The translations under genes and the position numbers were made by a program. 64,000 nt of DNA from Camelus dromedarius. Lineage: Eukaryota. Below, one piece after another: positions 54,901 through 64,000 of the stretch. The notes beneath the pieces are model-generated. The model made no database searches and was not told the origin of the DNA. It saw nothing but the letters and a program-made list of their open reading frames with translations. Each line of letters opens with the position of its first letter. Position 1 is the stretch's first letter. The DNA lies in the NCBI RefSeq assembly GCF_036321535.1, contig NC_087472.1, forward strand, positions 97,094,001-97,158,000, written 5' to 3'.

Positions 54901-55485
54901 AGTCCTCTGAAGAACCAGTATACTGTTTCCCTTCAGAGAGCCAGCATTGTAAATTGCTGCCTCCTGGAGAGAACCCAGGGCAGTCAGAGTTACACAGGAC
55001 AACAGTGACACCAATAGAAAAGAGATGCTTACCTCACCACCATCACAGAAGGGAACTATAATTATAATCAGCAAGGCAGAGGGAAGGCATTTCTCCCTTC
55101 TTCCCTCCACCTCAACCCTGAGGAGTCTGGGTAGAGAAGAGGGCAGCGTGTGAGAGCAGTGCCCCCTTATTTTGATATGACCCCCCATTCCAAGTCTCTG
55201 GAGCCACTAGTCAGCCTCAGTGGGAGGAAAGTTTGAATCAAATAATGAGATTGGATTTTTAAAATAAGTTTTAGGCTGTTTTAATATTAATTAAATATTA
55301 AATGAAAAAATATAACATAGTATATTATATATAAAATATAAATAATATAATGATCTTTCAGTGATTCACTTCCTGACTAGCAGCATTCACTCAACATTTT
55401 ATCAAGTGTCTACGATGTTTGTTAGGTATTGAGCAAAAGTGTTAGGGATTCAGGAATGAATAAAACATGTAAATGCCTACCACTT

Positions 55486-56138
55486 ACAGTGGATATTACT
55501 GGCTGTTGAACAAAATCTTTTTCCTCGTCTTCTAGAACACACAGCTTGATTACCTTTCCCAGCCTACCTCGCAGTTGAGTATGGTCATGTAACTAGTTCT
55601 AACCAATGGAATATGAATGGAAGGTATTGTCACTTCCTCCCCTAGGCAGTTCCATCATTATCTTTCCTTGTCAGCTGAATGCAGATAATTATAAGTCCCT
55701 GGGGATGCCAGAGCCACAAGATAGAATGTGTCTGAATCCTTGAATTGCCACATGGAGGAAAAGCCACCCACTGACCAGAAAACACACTTTGGACTATTAC
55801 GTGAACAAGAAATAAACTTCTGTTGTGTTTGAATGGTTATGTATTTGGGGGACTACAGTTGATCCTTGAACAACACGGGTTTGAACTGCATGGGTCCACT
55901 TATATGTGGATATTTTTTCAGTAGTAAGTATTATAGTGCTACATGATTCACGGTTGATTGAATCTGAGGATGCAGAACCATGGATACGGAGGAACTGTGG
56001 ATACTGAGGAACTGTGTATGTGAAAGACTGTCTATATTCAGATTTTCAACTTCATGGAGGGTCGGCGCCTCTAACTCCTGTGATGTTCAAGGGTCAACTG
56101 TATTTATTATAGCAATTCATCCTACCCTAGTTAAAATA
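55486..56138 (+). mobile_element. MaLR LTR (MLT1-like) interrupted by a Tigger MITE
   Basis: ttcccagcctacctcgcagttgagtatggtcatgtaactagttctaaccaatggaatatg...gaacaagaaataaacttctgttgtgttt; the LTR tail resumes after 56102. Confidence 0.7.
55856..56100 (+). mobile_element. Tigger2-type (MER8/Tigger2a-like) MITE
   Basis: TIRs CAGTTGATCCTTGAACAACACGGG / CCTGTGATGTTCAAGGGTCAACTG, TA duplication on both sides. Homologous to 3360-3579. Confidence 0.9.
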
Positions 56139-56886
56139 CCAGTGCAGTAGGAATTTTCCTTTTAATAATCAGAATTTTGGTTCTTTCCTGATTTGTGGAT
56201 AACAGTTAGTTGTTTGACTCCTTTTTCACTTTCCTGCCTTTCTTTTTGTAGCTGGAAATAAAGTTACTGTGGGATTCTCTGGAGATATTGTAACAGAAGA
56301 GAACTGTATTTAAGTGAAATTATTAGAATCAGGTTCTGAACAGATCATTGATCTTTTTTTGCTATGGCTAAATTCTTTCTTAAGGCAAAGTAGCAGTTAT
56401 CAGTAGACAAGAATGTCTATGATTAGGAACAGAGATCACTGTAGAACCTGATCAAGGACCAACCTTGACATGGCTAACTCATCATAGGTCCTGGGTTTGA
56501 TAGTCAGAACCTCTCCCTATTTTTCCCTTTTATGCTAAAAAATCCCCAGGAGTGTACTCTTCCACTGGCTTCAGGAGAGGAAAATTGTGGAATAAGGTGG
56601 GGGAAAGGGAGAGAAATTTACTTTGCCCAGGAAGGAAGTCTCTAGCAATTGACAGATAACCCTAAGGAGCCTGAAGGAAGTTCATCTATGCTTAAAAAAA
56701 TTCAGCCAGGTCTCTCTGATAATAAAATGAATACAAAGTAGATGAGAATTTTTAGGTTGGAGAAGTGATAATTTTTTAAGATAGGAACTTTAAAATTGAA
56801 TCAATAAATACTGATGTGTGTATGTGTATACACACATATATGTAAAGTTCATACATTTAGTTTATCGTTGCTTGACCTATTATTTT

Positions 56887-56937
56887 AAAATTCACTCTGA
56901 AAAGAAAAGAAAAGAAAAAAAAATAAAATTCACTCTG
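56887..56937 (+). mobile_element. Tail-only retrotransposition scar (A-rich insert with TSD)
   Basis: AAAATTCACTCTG duplicated at 56887-56899 and 56925-56937 around AAAAGAAAAGAAAAGAAAAAAAAAT, at a TTTT/AAAA site. Confidence 0.75.
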
Positions 56938-58382
56938 TATGATATTTAGCATGTGTCTACATAGCATTTTTCAACAACTCCAAAGCACCTGCTGGGAAAA
57001 TTTGTACTATGCTAAAATATATTTCATGAGAGAAGTTCTCAAGAGGAAATCACAAAAGAAATTAGAATAGCCAAAGTCTTTAAGAGAAAGAAAATGTCAT
57101 AAATAGAGATACTGCAAAATCTTTTCCTCTTGACTCCCTAGTTCCGATTGGCATTTCCCCTTTCTTTACTGCTCCATCAGTGATTTATTTGAGGCTGAAG
57201 GCAGATGCCTGGATGATTTGTGAGGCCTCCCTAATGCCACGGTGATAGGGATCAATGATTTGCTCTAAGAAGTAGTAAAATGCATCATCTCTATTGAACA
57301 AACGATATTTCTAAAAATATTTTGCTAAGCATAGGAGTAAAACTTGAGATTTACTGTCAGGAAAGAAACATTAGAAAGTTAATCCATCTCCTGCATGACA
57401 CGATTGGCATTTCTCTCAATCAAACTTTATCTGTCATTCCGTGTTGAAAGGAAACAGGTACCTCAAAAGATGTTTATTTCTAAACAGTTTTCTCCGGAAG
57501 AGGAAGAATTCTGCTTCATACAGTGCATTTTACTATATTACTCCTCTTTAGTATGAAGTTGAGGGCAAGAGACTACTAAGACTAAAATGAACCCAAACCA
57601 ATAATTATGTACCGAAGCTAAGTGGCTAAAAGAAGTACTTTATGTGCAATTATTTATTTTTTCACTTTTTCTGAGATTATAAAATGAATGATATACTCAG
57701 TGCAGAAAGCTTGGAAAACCCAAATAAACACAAATCAAAAAGCAATCACACCACCCAAAGAAAACCTTCTCATCTGTATTCACTTAATGTATATTTTTAA
57801 TAGCTCTGCTTTACTTAAAACATTTGCAGGCCGTGGATTTCAAACCAGAGGCCAGAAACCTAGCAACTTGCTACTACTGGACAAGAGAATGGGGACATAT
57901 TGAAAATGATAAGAGAAACAAAAGATTTAAAGAAATAAATCTACAGAAATCTGGTGAATGTATTTTAAAAATATTGCAAGTTAACTTGTGTTAGAGCTAA
58001 TTGATACTTTTGCTCTCCTGGTAAAAATACATCCATATTTTACAAACAAAATGCATTATAATGCATCTAACTCCTGTATATAGTAAATATGGCTGTGATC
58101 ACCCAGGAAATATTAGGAAGTTGGAAAATTACAGTGTTACAAATGTGACACATGGAATACAGAAAGAAATGGATTATTTATTTATTTATTTTTGGAAATG
58201 GATTATTTCGAGTATTACCAATTATTATAACTTGATAATGGCTGTGAAAGCTTTTTGTCAATTTTACTGTGCCCTGCAGATGCTATTATTATTGCTGTTA
58301 ATTACTATTATTCTTACTAACTATGTGGACAGGAAGTTAAGGTGGGAAAAGCTGAAATTACACAGTAAAATGTCCCCTGATT

Positions 58383-58836
58383 TTTTTTTTAAAACACATT
58401 TATTGTGGTTTGGTTCCTGTACAGTAAACTACACATATTTCAGATGTACACTTTGATGAATCCTGATAGATGGACACACTTATGAAATCACTGCCACAAT
58501 CAAGATAGCTAACATTTCCATCACTCCCCAAAAGGTGCAAATTTTGAACACCCAATTTATCCCTTCCCACCCACTTTACCCCCTGGTAACCATAAGTTTG
58601 TTCTCTTATGTCTGTGAGTCTGTTTCTGTTTTATAAATAAGTTCATTTGTGTCTCTTTTTTTTGGATTCCACATATGAGTGATATCATACGGTATTTTTC
58701 TTTCTCTTTCTGGTTTGCTTTACTTAGAATGACGATCTCCAGGTCCATCCATGTTGCTGCAAATGGCATTATTTTACTCTTTTTTATGGCTGAGCAGTAT
58801 TCCATTATATACCACATCTTCTTTATCTGGTCATCT
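58383..58836 (-). mobile_element. 5'-truncated L1 with composite 3' end
   Basis: ORF 58557-58817 = EYCSAIKKSKIMPFAATWMDLEIVILSKANQKEKEKYRMISLICG (L1 ORF2 C-terminus). Poly-T at the left. 15-bp TSD AAATGTCCCCTGATT (58368-58382) / AAATGTTCCCTGATT (58837-58851). Confidence 0.9.
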
Positions 58837-60227
58837 AAATGTTCCCTGATTCTGAGGAAGATCTAATGGCCTGAATATACAGTATTAGCAAGAAATATTT
58901 TAGGGTGGTCATGTAGGAGAATGATTCAGTTTGATCCTATGAATCCTCAGAGGTCAAGATAAAGACTTTGGGCAGTTTCCTTAATTAAAGAAATCACTTT
59001 AGAGAAATAAATATTAAATTAAATGATAATTAATAGCATCCTACCTTCATGAGAAAATTTCCCCTAAATTGCAGCAATTTTACTTTACTTTGGATGTCCC
59101 TCTATTAAAGCCCAGGCAGGGCTTTGGGACCATATTGAGTTGTTTCCCTGTTTGGAAAACATTTTGGTCTCTTAGTGTTGAGCTTTTCCCCCAAGTCAGC
59201 CTGTTAAGGTATTTCTTTCATGTTTTAGTTAGAATCATTTCCAGCCCTTGAAAAGCAAATACAGTATGTTTATGTCATCTAAGAAGCTGCTAGTTTTTTG
59301 CTTGTCACCCACCGATGTTAAAATTACATAATTTGTAACAGCCCAAAATGGCTGAGATTGCAGAAAGTTGAATTGTCTCTCTTTGAAAATGTAACATTAT
59401 TGTTATCACAGGGCCTTTATTTTATGCCTCTGTATAAATCAGAGTAGGATAAGTGTCATAACAAACCATTCAAAAATCTCAGTGGCCTATTACAATGAGA
59501 GTATATTTCTCACTCATGTCACATTCAACTCAGGTAGGGAGTGTAGGTGCTTCTGCTCCACTCATTCAGGAATCTAGTCCCCTTCTATCATGTGGTATAT
59601 AGATCTCTTCCACTTACATTTCATTCGTCAGAACTCAATGATATAGCCCATCCTAACTGTAATCCACCTCTATGCCCAGGAAAAAAAGAAATGTTTTGTG
59701 AATGCATAGAAGTCTCTGTGTCACCTCAAGAAATTGGAATAATATGCAATAGAAAGTCTAAACTCCGGTAGATTTTTTTCTTAAAGTAGAAATTTACCAT
59801 TAAAATGAGACAAATGGTTCTGTGGTAAACATTTTAGTTTTGAGGTATTCCCAATATACATAAGTGCCTCTCAAGTTGGTTTTAGAGAGAGTCTATCAAT
59901 TGCTGGGCTGTAGGGGCCCTTACTCATGATCATACATCATTACATGGCATGATATGGGGCAGTGCTTTCTGACCTGGGGTCCCCCACCCCTGAACATTTT
60001 CAAAATGGGTCCATGAACCCATACATAAAAAGTCATTTTCTAAATTAGCCACTGAACCAGGTTAGAGGACATTATATAATGCCCAAGAGTGCCATGCTGT
60101 TCTTTGCTAATGATACAATTCTAAGAATTGAGTTGTATTTCTTGGAGCCAATTTAAGAGGACTTATGGAAAATTGGAGGATGTTCAGAGAAGAGTGACTA
60201 GGGGAATGAAGGCGTTTCAAATCACAT

Positions 60228-60900
60228 CATTCATTCAACAGTATTGAAGGCTTACCAGGTCCCATTCACTACGGTGCTGGAGATGTGGGGAGAACAACAG
60301 AAATAGTGTTTCTGCCTTCATGGAACTTAACAATAGTGATAATGAACAAGGAAATAAGTGTACGAGCATGTTAAATTTAGCTAGTTATAAATGCCTGAAG
60401 AAAAATAGAGTGATGTGCTAGGGAGTGTCTAGTAGGGATAGGACTTCATTAGATTGGATAAGTCAGGGAAGGTCTTTCTGAGGAGGGTGGGATATTCCGG
60501 TGGAGATCTGAATGATAAGGATCCAGCCACGCGGGAAAGAGCATTCCAGATAAAAGCCCTTATGTGGAAAAGACTTTAGTTTTCAAATAACAGAAAGGCC
60601 TTTGTGACTGGAGAGCCTGAGCAAAGAGGAGGAGTGACATGGCTGGGTTTACATGATTAAAATGGCGTTCTGGCTTCTGTGTGATGAGTGGGATGTTATG
60701 GATGCAAGGGTGGAACCAGAGAGATCTGTTATGGGCTGCTAACTATCAAGGGAAGAATGATGGAGCTTGTAGAAACTGTTAGCAGTAAGAAGGCAAAAGA
60801 AGTTGATGGATCTTTTTTGGAGGTTGGGTGTTGTTAGAGAAAGAGGAATCTACATTACATTACTCCTAGGTTTTTAGTTTGGACTATTGGGTGGAAATCT
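60228..60900. mobile_element. L2 LINE 3' end
   Basis: cattcattcaacagtattgaaggcttaccaggtccc...tctgccttcatggaactta...agtcagggaaggtctttctgaggagg, the classic antisense L2 terminus. Confidence 0.75.
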
Positions 60901-61199
60901 TTTGGGGATGTTGAATGGGGATTGATCCAGATAAACTTTAGGATTCCTTAAAACTTAAGGACACATGATTTGATGAAAGACAAAACAGGAGCTGGGTGGG
61001 GTATTGACCCCAGTGATGGGGACATGCTGAGCTTGCTCCTGGAGGCTCTATCCTGTCATGTTTTAACCACAGGCTCCCATAGGTACCATGGGTTCCGCAC
61101 CTGCGGTACTGATCTGTAGGAGGCTGCGCTGTCTGCTGCATTAAAATAGAAAGTGGCTGTTTTGTAGATTGGAATACTCCTTCCACTTTACCCTCCTTT

Positions 61200-61612
61200 T
61201 CTGAGTCATGTGGCTAATTGCCATTCTTTTTCCTTGGTTCAAAAAAAGCTTAATCTCATGAGAAGTCACATTCTGACTGAAATACATTCCCTGCTTTTCT
61301 TATAGCTAGGGGTGGCCAATGAGATGTAGGCAAAACATATTGGGTGGGACCTATGAGAAGACTGTAAGAGGGAGAGTTCTGCTTGGAACACAGGTGTGAT
61401 GGCTGGAGATAAAGCAACTGTCTTGGCGTAAAGCAAGTGTGACAATGGAAACAGGGAACTCAGGGACTCAGGAGGGCAGAGAAGAAAGGTGAAAGGAGCC
61501 CAAATCCCTGATGACAAATGGCCTATCCCCGTACTTCTTTTATGCAAATGAAAAAGAAACAGCTGTTTTGTTTAAAGCTCTTATATTTTAATTACTAGCA
61601 GCCAAATGCAGC
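61200..61612 (+). mobile_element. Old MaLR LTR (MLT1-like)
   Basis: tatagctaggggtggcc...tgatggctggagataaagcaactgtcttg...ttttgtttaaagctcttatatttt...agcagccaaatgca. Confidence 0.55.
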
Positions 61613-64000
61613 TCCTCCCTAGCTGAAACTACTTTTTAAGACAACCTCTTCTAACTTCTTTGAGCTGCTCTGTGACAGGTTCCTTGGGCAAACGAGTTCG
61701 GTCAGTGCTGCCTGCTATATCCCTACTCAGGCGTTCCTCACCCACTCTGTTTCAAAATGCAACCTGCTCAAACTGTATTCCTCATCCTCACTTCCTGCTT
61801 CATTTTTTGCCACGTGACTTATCCTTATCTTGCATGCCATGTGATTTATGTATTTTATTTATTGCCTTCTCTTGCATCTCTCCCCACAATTTAGAAGTAA
61901 GCTCTATGAGGATTTTTGTCTATTTCATTCACTGCTGTATCCTCTGATCTTCTGATTCCTCCCAAACTATTCAGTTTGTAGAGAAATTAACAGGGAGCCT
62001 GACAGTGACCGTGACACTTCTGTTTCTCTTTCAGCCTGTATTCTTTCTCTCACTGTCACACACATACCTACGAACACACACATATTACATGTGTACGTTG
62101 TTACAAGTTGGCTTCCGTTTTCTTAGGCCCATGTCTTACTGGATTAAAACACATCTTAGAAATAAAGTTCAAAATCTAATTGGTAAGGAGGAGAAAGGAC
62201 ACAGTTTCCGATATTTCCCTGTCTCTTGTCTTGCCAGAGCTTCCTGTGTGATGTGAACTTGTTGGAGAATGGTCCTCATGTTCCTGCACTGGGCACTAAT
62301 GATGACCTCGAAGATTATCTTGGTAGAGGTCAAATGATGAGGGGAGAGAGGCTGTCTGGCATTCTCTCTCTAAAGAGAGCTGGCAGCAAGTGATGCTGAG
62401 ATTTGGGGCTGAAATTAATAGAGAAACTTGAAGAATCTTGTTCATGCCGCCTGCCCCCAATCCCATGTTAGCTGGTCTTGACACGTTTTCACTGCCCAGA
62501 CTCTCTCTCTGTTGCTCTCTTGCCTCTGCGTGGCGTGAATTCAACAAGAATGAAGGTTTGCTCAATAAGACAAGGGACATTACAGAGATCACAAATGACA
62601 GCCAGGGCACTACATCTCCAGCTCCAGGGAAAGGAAGACGTGCTTACCTGGTCTGGGCATAGTGTGTTCCAGGGGTTGCGGAACCCCATGCAGTCAGGGC
62701 ATTTCAGAACTGCCCTTGTTTGTTAGTGAGGCAAGATGGTTGGGAGGCAGGGCCTGGATCTAGCCCGGGGTGCTGAGGCTTTTGTTTGGGTTCTGCAGTC
62801 TTCACCCCTCCTCAGGGGAAATCCATTGGCCTGTCCTTGCCAGTCTCCCTCTCGTTCCTTCTTAGGACTCAATTTGTGCAGCTGTAAAAGGGAGATGAAA
62901 AGGTCTGAGATCAGCCCGCTCCACAGCAGTTTGGGGAAATAAATAAAAAAAAAATCTCAAATTGACCTATTTCAATGATATATTGCTAGCTTAACACTCT
63001 TCTGAGATGTAGTAGCTTAAAAGAAAGCAACTTATTATTTCTCATGATTTAATGTGAGTATAAAATGAGTTAATGTATGCAGAACCCTGAGCCCAGTGCC
63101 AGGCACCGAGTTGGCACCCCATAAGTAGGTGTTACCCCTTATAATGCAGAGGATGACCTTGCCCATGAGAATGTCCTGAGGCTGTGTGCCATTTCCACGT
63201 TACGCAGTGGAGCAGCACAGGAGAACTTTGGGCCTGCTTGGCGCTAGGGCCTCTCCTAAAGTGTGTGGGGCCCCTGCCAAATATTTTGTGTGGGACCTCT
63301 ATCTATGTAAGCAATTCAGTGAAAAGTGGATTACAAAAATTCATGGACCCATGTGAGATATAGCAGTTTATTGATGAAGATTGGGGATAGTGGGTAGAGA
63401 TGCAGTATATACATATTTGTTTATTGTCAGATCAATACATGTGAAGATTCTTTCTCGTGTCCAGCTATAATCTCTACTTGCTCTGGTGGCTCTGGTGTAG
63501 GTACCCTCTATTAGTGTTTTTTATTGCCAGATGCACCATTCCTGGATAATATCACTTTTCCACCCCCTCCTTCCTTCATGGGAAAGAGAGAGACTCAGTA
63601 TCATGGCTCTTTGAAACCTGTTTATATTGGAACTGCAGAGATCTTACTGCCCTCCAGGTCCCTAGAACCCTTTACTTAAGGCTGACTATTTCATTACCTC
63701 TGACACTGCATCAGCCATCATATTGCCTTAGATACTGGCTTCCAGTGACTCTCTCAGATGTTGTTTACTGTACTTTGTTGATGCTGGACAGACTTATTCA
63801 AAATATGCAGGAAAGTGTGAATGATAAGTCATTTTCTGCTCATGTTAAATTTACCTTTCAGAAGTTTATAGTATAAAGGCACAAAGACAAATTGTTCAAC
63901 TGTGTGTTCTCTTGAACTCTTTAGGCCATAATCACTGCATTCCTAGAGTGATCTCTTTCAGTGTCGATTAGCATCCTGGGTGTCAGTGGTGGGGGTGGAG

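Overview
Mammalian genomic DNA, very likely camelid (two tRNA-derived SINEs resemble the camelid Vic-1 family). The only protein-coding sequence I can support is the first coding exon of PTCHD1 (Patched domain-containing 1, X-linked in eutherians). It lies on the minus strand at 24460-24810 (351 nt, 117 codons, GT donor), inside a ~4.4 kb CpG island carrying interrupted CCG/GGC and TCC/TCG triplet repeats. Positions 1-24459 are part of intron 1 (exon 2 not seen), and everything beyond ~28 kb is upstream intergenic DNA. Both flanks are dominated by decayed transposons (L1, L2, MIR, MaLR/ERVL LTRs, hAT and Tigger MITEs). Repeat family names come from my recall of consensus sequences, not from a database search. 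I found no convincing wholly new gene system. The best second-look candidates are: (1) a near-consensus REST/NRSF site 6.8 kb upstream; (2) an ATG-initiated uORF that reads through the CCG repeats as poly-Arg and overlaps the PTCHD1 start codon; (3) an orphan consensus splice donor suggesting an alternative non-coding first exon; (4) a TSD-flanked chimeric L1 (young body plus old-type 3' tail); (5) a 58-bp locally templated insertion; (6) a tail-only retrotransposition scar. Almost all entries in the supplied ORF track are spurious.
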